A stretch of DNA of 64,000 nucleotides from Vulcanimicrobiota bacterium (GCA_963695225.1 OY968762.1:1184001-1248000); one strand, 5' to 3'. Numbered from the stretch's first letter, positions 1-9,836 are shown. Notes: generated from the sequence alone by a model not told the origin. A program made the numbers and translations.

Positions 1-1
1 C

Positions 2-847
2 TCCGAGGGCATGGGCGCGTACGTCCAGTGGGTTCCTTCCAAGCAACTGACGGTCGTCCGCTACATCCCGGCGCCGCTCCCCCCGCCGCCGCCGACCCCG
101 GCACCGACCGCACCGCCGACCCCGGCACCGGTCGCCACGCCGCCGCCGACGCCGGCACCCACGCCGACTCCGGTCGCGGCGAAGAAAGCCGCCAACGAAG
201 CGTTCGTCGCCGGCGATTACATCATCTCGCCGAAGGTGTACAACGAGTTCAGCCCCGGCAACACCGGCAAGTACGGCAGCTACGGCCTCAAGGCCGGCAT
301 CGAGTTCGGTCTGTTGAACCTGCCGTGGATGCTCGAAGTCGACTCGCGTCAGTTCACGTATCCGCATAACGGCAACCTGCTGCCCACCGGCGGGCTTCCC
401 GCACCGGGCGACCAGGGGTACGTCACCGTCATCGGCGGCGGCGGCCAGACGTTCGTTCCGACGTTCAACGCTCGCGATTCGGACTTCGACGTCCGTTGGG
501 GCCTGAAACTCGCCGATCCGCGTCTGTACGTCGGCGTCGGCTACCTCTGGCGGACCACGAACTACGGCTATCCGAAACAAAACGGTCTCGGATTCGGCGC
601 CGAGAAGTTGCCGGATCTCGACCAGCCCTTCTCGATCTACGGAAGCATCTGGTACTACCCGAGCGTCACAGGCTCCGGCCTCTCGTATCGCATCATGAAG
701 TACGACATCGGCGGCACCTACAATTTCGGTAGCACCCCGCTGTACCTCGACTTCGGCTACCTCGGCGATCAAGGCCGCAACAAGACCAACGCACCCGCCG
801 ACTTCAGCCACAACGGGCCGCACGTCGGACTCGGCATCCACTTCTAG
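2..847 (+). CDS. 5'-truncated outer-membrane protein: end of a copper-amine-oxidase-N (stalk)-like domain, Pro/Thr/Ala linker, C-terminal beta-barrel
   Basis: Frame open from window edge (SEGMGAYVQW); PPPPPTPAP linker; alternating aromatic/Gly beta-strands; ends in GLGIHF with a terminal Phe typical of BAM substrates. Confidence 0.7.
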   Translation, partial: SEGMGAYVQWVPSKQLTVVRYIPAPLPPPPPTPAPTAPPTPAPVATPPPTPAPTPTPVAAKKAANEAFVAGDYIISPKVYNEFSPGNTGKYGSYGLKAGIEFGLLNLPWMLEVDSRQFTYPHNGNLLPTGGLPAPGDQGYVTVIGGGGQTFVPTFNARDSDFDVRWGLKLADPRLYVGVGYLWRTTNYGYPKQNGLGFGAEKLPDLDQPFSIYGSIWYYPSVTGSGLSYRIMKYDIGGTYNFGSTPLYLDFGYLGDQGRNKTNAPADFSHNGPHVGLGIHF

Positions 848-867
848 ACGGAAGCAGACCCGAAACG

Positions 868-903
868 AGAAGGAGCCTCACGCCCAGGCGTGAGGCTCCT
901 TCT
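868..903. terminator. Perfect 17-bp inverted repeat between convergent genes, probable bidirectional terminator
   Basis: AGAAGGAGCCTCACGCC-CA-GGCGTGAGGCTCCTTCT. Confidence 0.75.
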
Positions 904-917
904 TCGCGCTACGCCGT

Positions 918-1433
918 CTACTTCGGCGCGTCGCCGGCCACGACGGAGAGCGGGACCTGCGCGTCGGCGCGGGCCGAGAAGTCCGGCAACGGATGTTCGG
1001 CGAGTTCCCGCTGCAACTGCTTCGCCTGCGGCGTCTTCGCATAGCGCTCGAACAGCCAGCGTTCGGCCCTTTGGGCCTTCGCGATCGCAGCGGGGAGCGG
1101 GAGCTTCGCGTAGAGACGCTCGAGGCGATAGATCGAACCGGGGAGCGCGGTATCCTCGGGATACTTCCGCTCCAAGTCCCTGATCGCATCTTCGACGTTG
1201 CCGATCATGCCGAGCACGGCGTTCGACGTCGAAGGATCCGCGGTGAAGCGCGCGTCTTGGTCTCGCAGGATGTTGCGCATGCCGAGGATGCTGATCTTCA
1301 GCGGGCCGAAATACTCGTCCGCGGGCGCGAGGTGAACCGGGCGCCCGGCCGCAAATGCAGGTTGCGGCGGCACCGCCCCGGCCGCCGCGGCGGCGGCGAC
1401 GGCGAACGCGATCGAAACGAGCAATCGTCTCAC
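918..1433 (-). CDS. Secreted helical hypothetical protein (APADEYFG motif)
   Basis: GTG start followed by signal peptide RRLLVSIAFAVAAAAAAGA; start moved downstream of the ORF-track call. Confidence 0.65.
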   Translation of the reverse strand: MRRLLVSIAFAVAAAAAAGAVPPQPAFAAGRPVHLAPADEYFGPLKISILGMRNILRDQDARFTADPSTSNAVLGMIGNVEDAIRDLERKYPEDTALPGSIYRLERLYAKLPLPAAIAKAQRAERWLFERYAKTPQAKQLQRELAEHPLPDFSARADAQVPLSVVAGDAPK

Positions 1434-1479
1434 GGGGACCGTCCCTTCTGTGCACGGATGATATCGGAGGCCAAAGCAC

Positions 1480-2829
1480 TTGTCATTAGCGAAACTTGCC
1501 GTCGCCTGCATCCAAGTGCACGCATATGACCGGGATCACTTCGGGGAGCACTGGGCCTTCGTCGTCGAGATGGTGGAACGGGCGGCGACGCGGGGTGCCC
1601 GGCTGATCGTCGTCCCGGAGGGTTCGGTCCCGGGGTACGTCCTCGGAACGGCTCCGGTCGAACCCGCGCTCCTGCGCCAAGCGGAGCGTACGTTGAGCCA
1701 CGTCGCGCGCGCTCACGGCGCCGTGATCGTCTACGGGACGGCGCGCATCGTCGACGGCGCGACGTACAACGCCGCCTGCGTCGTCGGACCCGACGGCGGC
1801 ATCCTCGGAAACGCGCACAAGAACTTCCTCTGGCATTTCGACCGCCTGTGGTTCGCCCCGGGGAACGCGCTCGAACCGATCGCGACGCCGCTCGGTTCGC
1901 TCGGCGTGCTCGTGTGCGCCGACGGCCGCATCCCGACGCTCGCGCGCGCGCTCGTCGATCGCGGCGCGCAGGTCCTCGTGATGCCGACCGCTTGGGTGAC
2001 GAGCGGGCGCGATCCACGCAACCTCGAGAATCTGCAAGCGGACTTGCTCGCGAACGTGCGCGCTAGGGAGAACGGCGTCCCGTTCGTCGCCGCGAACAAA
2101 GTCGGGACCGAAGCGCGCAGCGTCGCGTATTGCGGGAAGAGCGCGATCGTCGCGGCCGACGGCACGTTCGTCGCGCGCGGCGGCGAGCGCGAAGAGACGA
2201 TCGTCTACGGCGAAATCGAAATCGGCGCGGCGCACCCGCTGCGCGGCCCGCAACTCGCCGCACCACCGGAACGGCCCGATAACGCGCGCGAAGTACGGCT
2301 CGCCGTCTCGACCGCGCGTTCTGCCGAAGAGATCGCCTGGTTGGCGCGCCTCGCCGCACGTGCCGATGCGCACGGCCTCATCGCGCTCGGATCGAGCGCG
2401 GCGGCGGAGACGGGCATCCCGGCGCTCGACGCGTCCGGTTCGCCGCGAACCATCGCACGCGTCGCCGGCGTTTCGTTCGGGCTCGTCGACGACGCGACGA
2501 TCGAAGATCCGGCGGGGCTCGTGGCGGCGCGTCTCGGCGGCATCGACGCGTTCTGCTGGGTCACCGAACGCGACCCGGCATGGCAGACGACGTTGGCGCG
2601 CGCGCGCGCCGCGGAGTTGCGCGCATACGTCGTCGTCCTCGATCCGCGCTATGGCGGCCGCGCGTTCGCTTGCGATCCCGACGGCACCGCCGTCTGCGGA
2701 ACGTTCGACGATCTCCGCGTAGCGGCGTTCGTCTATAGCACCGCGCGCACTGCGAACACGCTGGCGGCGCCGCACACGGACGTCCTAGAGGGGCTGCGGC
2801 GCGTCGAGGAGATCGCGGGCGCGCGGTAG
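1480..2829 (+). CDS. Carbon-nitrogen hydrolase (nitrilase superfamily) with degenerate second domain
   Basis: E-K-C triad: VVPEG, AHKNFLW, VLVCADGR; also RARENG and G-x-S-x-I-V motifs. Confidence 0.85.
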   Translation: MSLAKLAVACIQVHAYDRDHFGEHWAFVVEMVERAATRGARLIVVPEGSVPGYVLGTAPVEPALLRQAERTLSHVARAHGAVIVYGTARIVDGATYNAACVVGPDGGILGNAHKNFLWHFDRLWFAPGNALEPIATPLGSLGVLVCADGRIPTLARALVDRGAQVLVMPTAWVTSGRDPRNLENLQADLLANVRARENGVPFVAANKVGTEARSVAYCGKSAIVAADGTFVARGGEREETIVYGEIEIGAAHPLRGPQLAAPPERPDNAREVRLAVSTARSAEEIAWLARLAARADAHGLIALGSSAAAETGIPALDASGSPRTIARVAGVSFGLVDDATIEDPAGLVAARLGGIDAFCWVTERDPAWQTTLARARAAELRAYVVVLDPRYGGRAFACDPDGTAVCGTFDDLRVAAFVYSTARTANTLAAPHTDVLEGLRRVEEIAGAR

Positions 2830-2906
2830 GGGCGCGGCGCACGGGGTTACGCGTCGCCGTCACGAATGGCGACCTGAACGCAGCCGCAAGAGAGGACCGC
2901 CCGCTC

Positions 2907-4358
2907 GTGACCTTCGCCTCGCTCGCCCAACGCGCGCTCGACACCGCGAGCGCTCGCGGTGCGGCGTACGCCGACATCCGCTTCGAAGACGGCCGCAGCG
3001 AGCGGATCGAAGTGCGCAACGGCGGCGTCGCGACGCTCTCGGATGAAACGAGCATCGGCTACGGGATCCGCGCGCTCGTCGACGGCGCCTGGGGGTTCGC
3101 CGCCGGGGCCGATCTTTCGGAGGCGGGCATCGATGCGGTCGCCGCGCAGGCCGTCGAAATCGCGCGCGCGGGCGCCGGAGTCGCGACGCGGCGCCGGGCG
3201 CACGTGCCGGTGGATTCGTACGTCGACACCTACGCGACGCCGGTCGAACGGGATCCGGCCGGCGTTCCGCTCGGCGAGCGCGTCGCGCTCTTGCTGGACG
3301 CCGAACGCGCGCTGCACGCGACGCCGCAGATCAGCGTCGGCCGCGCGTGGATCGATCTGTGGCGGACGGAGAAAGAGTTCTTCAGCACCACCGGTTCCCG
3401 CATCGCGCAATCGCTCCGTCAAACGGGGAGCGGGATCTCCGCGCTCGCCGTCGACGAACACGACGCGCAAGACCGCGCGTACCCCGGCGACAACGGGCTC
3501 TACCAGGGCGGCGGCTGGGAGATCGTCGAACTCGCCCGGCTTCGCGAGAATGCCGCGCGGATCGGCGAGGAAGCTTCACAGTTGCTCTCCGCGCCGCAAT
3601 GTCCGGCCGGCATCTACGACGTCATCCTCGGCGGTTCCCAAGTCTCGCTGCAGATCCACGAATCGTGCGGGCACGCAGCGGAACTCGACCGCATCCTCGG
3701 CTGGGAGGCGAACTTCTCCGGCACGAGCTTCCTCGATCCCGCCGAACTCGGCCGGCTCGCATACGGATCGGAGCTCGTCACGATCGAACTCGACAACACG
3801 CTGCCGCGCGGTTTCGCGACCGTCGGCTACGACGACGAGGGAGCGAAGAGCGTGCGTTCCGACATCATCCGCAACGGCATGCTGGCCGGGTTCGAGATGT
3901 CGCGAGACACGGCACGGCTGATAGGCCGGCCGACGAACGCATGCGTGCGTGCGGAGAGTTGGAAGCACGTGCCGATGATCCGCATGTGCAACCTGAACTT
4001 GCATCCGGGAACGACGCCGTTCGAAGCGTTGTTCGAAGGCATCGACGACGGGATCTATATGGAATCGAATCGCTCGTGGTCGATCGACGACCGGCGCTTG
4101 AACTTCCAGTTCGGGTGCCAGATCGGTTGGGAGATCAAGCACGGGAAGCGCGGACGAATGCTCAAGAACCCCACGTACGGCGGCGTCACGCCGCAATTCT
4201 GGGGCGCGTGCGACGCGATCGCGGACGAGCGCTCGTGGGTCCCATGGGGGACCCCGAATTGCGGGAAGGGCGAGCCGATCCAGACGGGGCGGACGACGCA
4301 AGCCGCGGCCCCCGCGCGCTTCCGCAAGATCGCCGTCGGAGCGGGCTACCGTGGGTAG
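2907..4358 (+). CDS. tldD: TldD/PmbA family metalloprotease, catalytic TldD subunit
   Basis: HESCGHAAELD zinc motif, YDDEG, IRMCN, C-terminal CGKG. Confidence 0.9.
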   Translation: MTFASLAQRALDTASARGAAYADIRFEDGRSERIEVRNGGVATLSDETSIGYGIRALVDGAWGFAAGADLSEAGIDAVAAQAVEIARAGAGVATRRRAHVPVDSYVDTYATPVERDPAGVPLGERVALLLDAERALHATPQISVGRAWIDLWRTEKEFFSTTGSRIAQSLRQTGSGISALAVDEHDAQDRAYPGDNGLYQGGGWEIVELARLRENAARIGEEASQLLSAPQCPAGIYDVILGGSQVSLQIHESCGHAAELDRILGWEANFSGTSFLDPAELGRLAYGSELVTIELDNTLPRGFATVGYDDEGAKSVRSDIIRNGMLAGFEMSRDTARLIGRPTNACVRAESWKHVPMIRMCNLNLHPGTTPFEALFEGIDDGIYMESNRSWSIDDRRLNFQFGCQIGWEIKHGKRGRMLKNPTYGGVTPQFWGACDAIADERSWVPWGTPNCGKGEPIQTGRTTQAAAPARFRKIAVGAGYRG

Positions 4359-5682
4359 CGCCGAGCGCGAGGCGCCTGCGGCGCGCGTCCTCGAACTCTC
4401 GGCCGCCGACGAGACCGAAGCGATCGTCACGAGCGCAGCGAGCGGCTTGACTCGCTTCACGCACAACGCGATCCATCAAAACGTCGCATCCTCCGACACG
4501 ACGGTGCGCGTCCGAGCGATCGTCGACCGGCGGACCGGCGTCGCGGTCACGAACGATACGTCCGAGCGGGGATTGCGCGCGGTCACCGAGCGCGCCGTCG
4601 CGATGGCGCGGCTCGCGCCGCGCGACGACGCGTTCCCCGGGCTCGCGCACTACGCGCCGAACCCGGCCCCGGCGGGATGTTTCCACGAAGCGACAGCCGT
4701 TGCGGACGCCGCACTCCGCGCGCGCATCGCGGAGGCGATCTTCCGCACCGGCGACGAGGGCGCGCTTCAAGCGGCCGGATACGTCACGACGGGCCGTTCC
4801 GGCGTTTCGATCGCGAACTCAGCCGGGACGCTCGCCTCGTTCGACTCGACCGACGCGGGCATCAACGTCAAGCAAATCGCCGCCGATTCGTCGGGTTACG
4901 CCGAACGGTACAGCAACGACGTCGCCGATCTCGACGGCACGCTCGCGGGTTCGCGCGCGGCCGAGAAGGCGCGCGCTTCGAGCGCGCCGATCGCCGTCGA
5001 GCCCGGCGCGTGGACGGTGATCCTCGAGCCCGCCGCCTTCGGCGAGCTGCTCTCGTATCTAACGCCGCATTTCTCCGCGCAAGCGTTCGACGAAGGCTCG
5101 TCGTTTCTCGGAGACGGCCTCGAGCGCCGGTACGCCGGCGAGAACGTAACGATCGTCGACGATTTCGCGCATCCGCTCAATCCCGGCCAACCATTTGATT
5201 ACGAGGGCGCGCCGAAGCAGCGCGTCGTCCTCTTGGAAAACGGCGTCGCGCGAGGGGTCGTCACGGACGCAAGCTGGGCCCGCAGGCTCGGGCGAGAGAA
5301 TACCGGGCACGCGCTCCCCGAACCGAACGCGTGGGGGCCGCATCCGCTGAACGTCGTGCTCGCCCCCGGCACGGCATCGACGGACGAACTGATCGCGGGA
5401 ACCAAGCGCGGCCTGCTGGTGAGCCGCTTCTGGTACATCCGCAACGTCGATCATCGCAAGACGATCGTGACGGGGATGACGCGCGACGGAACGTTCTTGA
5501 TCGAAGACGGGAAGATCGTGCGCGGCGTCCGCAATCTGCGCTTCAACCAGAGCATCCTGGAAGCGCTGAGGAACGCGGAGTTCTCTCGCGAGGCCGTGCG
5601 CACCGGCGGGTACTTCTACAGCATCGTCGCGCCCGCGGCGAAGATCGAAGGGTTCGCGTTCTCGTCCGTCACCGCGTTCTAG
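4351..5682 (+). CDS. TldE/PmbA family subunit
   Basis: TRFTHNAIHQN, FDYEG, TGMTRDG, NLRFNQS; no HExxxH; overlaps tldD. Confidence 0.85.
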   Translation: MGSAEREAPAARVLELSAADETEAIVTSAASGLTRFTHNAIHQNVASSDTTVRVRAIVDRRTGVAVTNDTSERGLRAVTERAVAMARLAPRDDAFPGLAHYAPNPAPAGCFHEATAVADAALRARIAEAIFRTGDEGALQAAGYVTTGRSGVSIANSAGTLASFDSTDAGINVKQIAADSSGYAERYSNDVADLDGTLAGSRAAEKARASSAPIAVEPGAWTVILEPAAFGELLSYLTPHFSAQAFDEGSSFLGDGLERRYAGENVTIVDDFAHPLNPGQPFDYEGAPKQRVVLLENGVARGVVTDASWARRLGRENTGHALPEPNAWGPHPLNVVLAPGTASTDELIAGTKRGLLVSRFWYIRNVDHRKTIVTGMTRDGTFLIEDGKIVRGVRNLRFNQSILEALRNAEFSREAVRTGGYFYSIVAPAAKIEGFAFSSVTAF

Positions 5683-6296
5683 CGGGCGACTATCCTCAAG
5701 CGCGTTTCGTGCGAATCGCGCATGCGCACGGAAGCGATCATCGCCTCGACGACGTTCCCATCCCATTGCGTTCCACGCCCGTCGCGTAGGACGGCGATCG
5801 CCTCCGCCGAGGAATACGGCTTGCGATAGACGCGCTGCGAGATCATCGAGTGGTATCCGTCGGCGACGGATACGATGCGCGCCGTCAGCGGAATGCGCGA
5901 GCCCGCCAAGCGATCGGGATACCCCTCGCCGTCGTGCCGCTCGTGATGCGAGCGCACGATCGGCGCGGCGTCGCGGAGTGCCGGAATCGTTTCCAGCATC
6001 CGCGCGCCCTCGGCGGGATGCGAACGCATGATCTCCCACTCGCGCACGTCGAGCGGCCCCGGCTTCAAGAGGATCGCATCGGGCGTCGAGACCTTGCCGA
6101 TGTCGTGCAACAAGCCGCACAACGCCGCGAAGTTGCACTCGCGAGGCGTCAGACCGAGTTGCACGGCGATGCGGCGCGCCCAGACGGCCGTCGACCGGGA
6201 GTGCGCGGCGGTGCCGAAATCGTACGCCTCGAGCCGCGCGATGAGCGCGTCGGTGCGCGCGTCGCGGGTCAGATCAAGCGTGGCTTCGCACTCCAT
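5679..6296 (-). CDS. Stand-alone HD-GYP domain protein (cyclic dinucleotide phosphodiesterase)
   Basis: HSRS, LLHDIGK, HHERHDGEGYP, RVYRK; ATG preceded by GGAGG. Confidence 0.9.
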   Translation of the reverse strand: MECEATLDLTRDARTDALIARLEAYDFGTAAHSRSTAVWARRIAVQLGLTPRECNFAALCGLLHDIGKVSTPDAILLKPGPLDVREWEIMRSHPAEGARMLETIPALRDAAPIVRSHHERHDGEGYPDRLAGSRIPLTARIVSVADGYHSMISQRVYRKPYSSAEAIAVLRDGRGTQWDGNVVEAMIASVRMRDSHETRLRIVAR

Positions 6297-6367
6297 CGAC
6301 ACCCCTCCGGAAAGCCTTGGTTCCTGCCTTATCCACAGGGACCTCCGCCATGGGCTATGGAGCGGAG

Positions 6368-7357
6368 TTACCCACCCACGCGAGCTCTCACGCGCTTTCC
6401 CGATCCCGCCGCAAGCGGCGCCGCCGGGACGGCGAACGCGATCAATCCTGCCAAGAAACAGAGCCCGCCGATCCACATCGCGAAAACGGGCGGGATCGAC
6501 GAGGTGACGAGCGCGGGATAGGCGCCGAGCGTTCCGCGCAGGCGAACCCCGCCCAGGTCGACGTCCTTCCCCTGCGGCGCGAAGCCGATCCCATCCGGCA
6601 GACCGCGTCCGAGCTCGTCGGCGACGGCGAAGAGCAGCGCGCTCCCCTTCGGCGTCCCCGCAGCCGGCGCGCCGTGCGAGCCCGCCGGTAAATCCTTCAT
6701 GTCGAACAGCACCGCGCGAACCTGGCGGCGCGCGGCGGGCACCGCAAACTGATCGGACGGATAGTTCTTCCCGGAGAGCGGGATCCGATCGGTGAACAAC
6801 AGGACCGGCGACAAGAACGCGGAGCCGGTCGGTTGCGTGATCGTCAGGTGGCGCCCCCGGGCGTCGCGAGCCTCGATGTACGCAGCAGGTTGCGCCAGCA
6901 GTTCCAGCGCCGTGGACCCGACGAAGCGCCGGCCTCCCAGGCCAAGGTCCCCGGCCGGCGAGCCGTGCTTGGCGAGCGAGACGCGCGCGTCGCCCCGCGC
7001 GAGCGCCGCGGCGTCGACGTTCGGAAACGTCGCCGAGATGCCGGCGTCGGCGAGCGCCAACGTCGTGCCCGGCGGCCGCGCGATCGTCTCCGAATCGGGC
7101 CCGAGAAGCCCGGAGCCGATCCCCGCCGCGATGCAGACGAGCGCGCCGACGACGGCAATGAGGGCGCGCTGCCCCCGCGGACCCGCGGTGCCGCCGCGCA
7201 CGGTGCCGATGAACCCGAACAGCGGGATCGCCGCCAGGACGAGGACGCCGGAATACTGCCAGGTATGGAACCCGGTCCACTGCGGGTAGAAGTACTGCGC
7301 GCCGACGCCGGCGATCGCCGCGGCGGCGAGCGCCAGGATACCGAGTTGCTGCTTCAA
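6368..7357 (-). CDS. Membrane protein: three N-terminal TMs, soluble domain, one C-terminal TM
   Basis: TTG start overlaps the TGA of the upstream TlpA gene (TTGA); hydrophobic segments. Confidence 0.65.
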   Translation of the reverse strand: MKQQLGILALAAAAIAGVGAQYFYPQWTGFHTWQYSGVLVLAAIPLFGFIGTVRGGTAGPRGQRALIAVVGALVCIAAGIGSGLLGPDSETIARPPGTTLALADAGISATFPNVDAAALARGDARVSLAKHGSPAGDLGLGGRRFVGSTALELLAQPAAYIEARDARGRHLTITQPTGSAFLSPVLLFTDRIPLSGKNYPSDQFAVPAARRQVRAVLFDMKDLPAGSHGAPAAGTPKGSALLFAVADELGRGLPDGIGFAPQGKDVDLGGVRLRGTLGAYPALVTSSIPPVFAMWIGGLCFLAGLIAFAVPAAPLAAGSGKRVRARVGG

Positions 7358-7896
7358 CGTGCCGCCAGCAGCGGCGCGACCTTTGCGCGCATCTGTTCCA
7401 ACGTGAGCGGCCCGTCGACGCCCTCGGCCACGCGGCCCGTACGGTCGACGAAGACCGTCGTCGGGAGCCCGACCGAGCCGAACGCGCGCCCGTACCGCTG
7501 ATCCTCGTCGAGCAGGATCGGATAATCGAGCTTCTGTTCCCGAGCGAAAGAACGGGCTGCTTCGGCGGACTCGCCTTGGTCGATCCCGAGGACCACGACC
7601 CCCTTGCCGCGCTCTTCGCGGTAGAGCTGAGCGAGTGCGGGCGTCTCTTCCCGGCACGGCGCGCACCACGAGGCCCACAGGTTCGCGACGACGATCTGCC
7701 CGCGGTAGCGGTCGAGAGCGTCGGCGGCGCCGTCTAAACGCTTGACCTCGTAACTGGCCGCCTGCGAACCGACGATCGACGTCGGCCCTCCCGGCCCCGG
7801 CTTCGTGGACCCGGTCCCCCCGAAAAACGTGCCGAACGAAGCCACGGCGACCAATATCCCAACCGCACCCACAACCAACCAAAGGGTCTTACCCAT
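7354..7896 (-). CDS. TlpA/ResA-family thiol-disulfide reductase
   Basis: N-terminal anchor; NLWASWCAPCREE; GLPTTVFVD cis-Pro loop. Confidence 0.9.
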   Translation of the reverse strand: MGKTLWLVVGAVGILVAVASFGTFFGGTGSTKPGPGGPTSIVGSQAASYEVKRLDGAADALDRYRGQIVVANLWASWCAPCREETPALAQLYREERGKGVVVLGIDQGESAEAARSFAREQKLDYPILLDEDQRYGRAFGSVGLPTTVFVDRTGRVAEGVDGPLTLEQMRAKVAPLLAAR

Positions 7897-8821
7897 GCAC
7901 ACCACTTCGCACGAATCCGTCGCCGCCCCCGCGCGCTCCGCCCCGTCCTTTGCGGATCCGGGCTGGGTCCGCAGCGACACGCTGCTCTCCGAGGACGGCC
8001 TGCGCCTTGCCACGTTCGAGACCGGGCGCTCGGATCCGGGCGCTCCGGTCCTCCTCCTCGTGCACGGGCTCGGGCATTGGACGCAGGCCGCCTGGGACCG
8101 GCTCGCGCCCGAACTCGCCGAGCGGTACCGCATCGTCTCGCTCGATCTCCCCGGCTTCGGCGCTTCCGGCAAACCGGATATCGAATACCGGCTCCCGTTC
8201 TACGCGGGGGTCCTGCGCCGCTTCATGGACGCGCGCGGCATCGAGCGCGCGATCCTCGCCGGGCATTCGCTGGGCGGCCTGATCTCGGCGGATTTCGCAC
8301 AGCAGTCGCCGGAGCGCGTGCGGGCCCTCGCGCTGATCGACCCTGCCGGCTTCATGCGCACGCCGAAGCTCCTGCTCCGCGCGGTCGCAAGCAAACCCGC
8401 GGGCTGGCTCTTCAAATTGACGCCGACGCCCGGTTTCGTGCGGCGCACGATGGATCAGGCGATGCACGATCCCCGCAACGTGAGTGCCGAGATCCACGCC
8501 CGCGCCTACTCGCTCGCGCTCGAACCCGCCGTGCGGCGCGCTTTCGCGCGCGTCTACGCGGGCGCGCTGCAGGAGATGCTGGACCTATCCGGACTACACG
8601 CGCGCCTGGCGCGCTACCGGGGACCTGTCTTGCTCGCCTGGGGGCGGCACGACGCCTACATCCCGCTCGCCGCGTTGCGGAACGCGCGCGCGGTGTACCC
8701 GCAGGCGAGCGTCGCCGTCTTCGAGCATTCGGGGCACTGCCCGAACGTCGAGGAGCCCGAGGCGCTCGCCGCTCAGCTCGTGCTCTTGGGGAATCGCGCG
8801 GCGAGCAACGACGGCCGCTGA
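7895..8821 (+). CDS. Alpha/beta fold hydrolase
   Basis: LVHGLG, DLPGFGAS, GHSLGG nucleophile, WGRHD, SGHCP; start uncertain. Confidence 0.88.
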   Translation: MHTTSHESVAAPARSAPSFADPGWVRSDTLLSEDGLRLATFETGRSDPGAPVLLLVHGLGHWTQAAWDRLAPELAERYRIVSLDLPGFGASGKPDIEYRLPFYAGVLRRFMDARGIERAILAGHSLGGLISADFAQQSPERVRALALIDPAGFMRTPKLLLRAVASKPAGWLFKLTPTPGFVRRTMDQAMHDPRNVSAEIHARAYSLALEPAVRRAFARVYAGALQEMLDLSGLHARLARYRGPVLLAWGRHDAYIPLAALRNARAVYPQASVAVFEHSGHCPNVEEPEALAAQLVLLGNRAASNDGR

Positions 8822-9450
8822 TCGAGCGCGACGTAGACGGGATATTCGGCGACGCTGAATCCGGTGGGGCGTTGTTCGACCATGCCCAGGCGCCGCGCGA
8901 GGCGCAGACCTTCGGGCGTGAACGCGACAGAGCAGAGATCGACGCGCGACGAGTGCGCCGCCGCCGTCGTCCAGCCTTCGATCGCTCCACAGATCAGCCG
9001 CCGGGCCACGGCCGTTCGCTTTCTGCGCGCGTCGCGCGCGACGACTATGCCCGAGCAGTACCACGAGCGCGTCGATCTCGCGTCGGCGACCGGAGCGAAA
9101 TCGGCGCCGCGCAATTGCTTCTCCGCGCGCTTCCCGGTCGCGAGATCGTAGAAGGCCGCGCGTCGCAGCGGCCACAATCCGAGGCTGCCGACGGTCCGCC
9201 CGTCTTCGACGAACAACCAGAAGCCGCGCGGATACACGGACCACCAGCGCAGCAGCAAATCGAGATCGAGCGCGGCGTTCCCGTATTCGGCCTCGTCGAG
9301 TTTCCAGGCCGAGATCACTTCGATCTCGCTCGCAGCCGGACGGACCCCGCTCGCCGAAAGCACGCCGAGGCGGTTCGTCTCTGATTGGCGGCGATCGTCA
9401 TGCGTGAGGCCGAAGCGGCCGGTCACGATGCCGAAGACTCGGGGCAGCAC
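8773..9450 (-). CDS. Hypothetical protein, possible GNAT-like fold
   Basis: Globular ORF with WYCSGIVVARDAR and AFTPEGLRLARRLGM (motif A/B-like); start uncertain. Confidence 0.55.
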   Translation of the reverse strand: MLPRVFGIVTGRFGLTHDDRRQSETNRLGVLSASGVRPAASEIEVISAWKLDEAEYGNAALDLDLLLRWWSVYPRGFWLFVEDGRTVGSLGLWPLRRAAFYDLATGKRAEKQLRGADFAPVADARSTRSWYCSGIVVARDARRKRTAVARRLICGAIEGWTTAAAHSSRVDLCSVAFTPEGLRLARRLGMVEQRPTGFSVAEYPVYVALDQRPSLLAARFPKSTS

Positions 9451-9494
9451 GCTCCCGTTTACACCGCCCGCCGAGGCGGTTCCCTGTGGAGAAG

Positions 9495-9785
9495 CTACCA
9501 GTCGCCCATTCGCGTCTCTTCGACCTCGCCTTCGAACACGATCGTGCCCGGGGCGAGGACGGCCGCAAGCAACGGGACCCCGTCGTAGACGATGCGAGTC
9601 GAATGCAGGTGCGCGACGACCTCGGAGCGTTCGAAGAGCGCGCAGTAACGCTCGAGCACGTCCGGGCTGCAACGCGCGCGGAGCGGGCGCACGCCGTACA
9701 ACTCCGCGAAGCGGCCGAAGGCGCGTTCGAAAGCTTGCCGCGAGTAGCGCGGGCCGAGTTGGATCTCCCGACGAACGTGTTCCAC
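9495..9785 (-). CDS. Small hypothetical protein
   Basis: 96-aa ORF with protein-like composition filling the gap divergent from folD. Confidence 0.6.
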   Translation of the reverse strand: MEHVRREIQLGPRYSRQAFERAFGRFAELYGVRPLRARCSPDVLERYCALFERSEVVAHLHSTRIVYDGVPLLAAVLAPGTIVFEGEVEETRMGDW

Positions 9786-9836
9786 AGGACGACTTTCCGG
9801 GGGATGGTCGCGAGGCGACCGCCAAACCCTTATGCA

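Noticed and set aside
70..175. Short CCG-rich repeats here, at about 32050-32340 and 38400-38820, as possible CRISPR or satellite
   Set aside because: In-frame low-complexity linkers; no repeat-spacer periodicity and no cas genes
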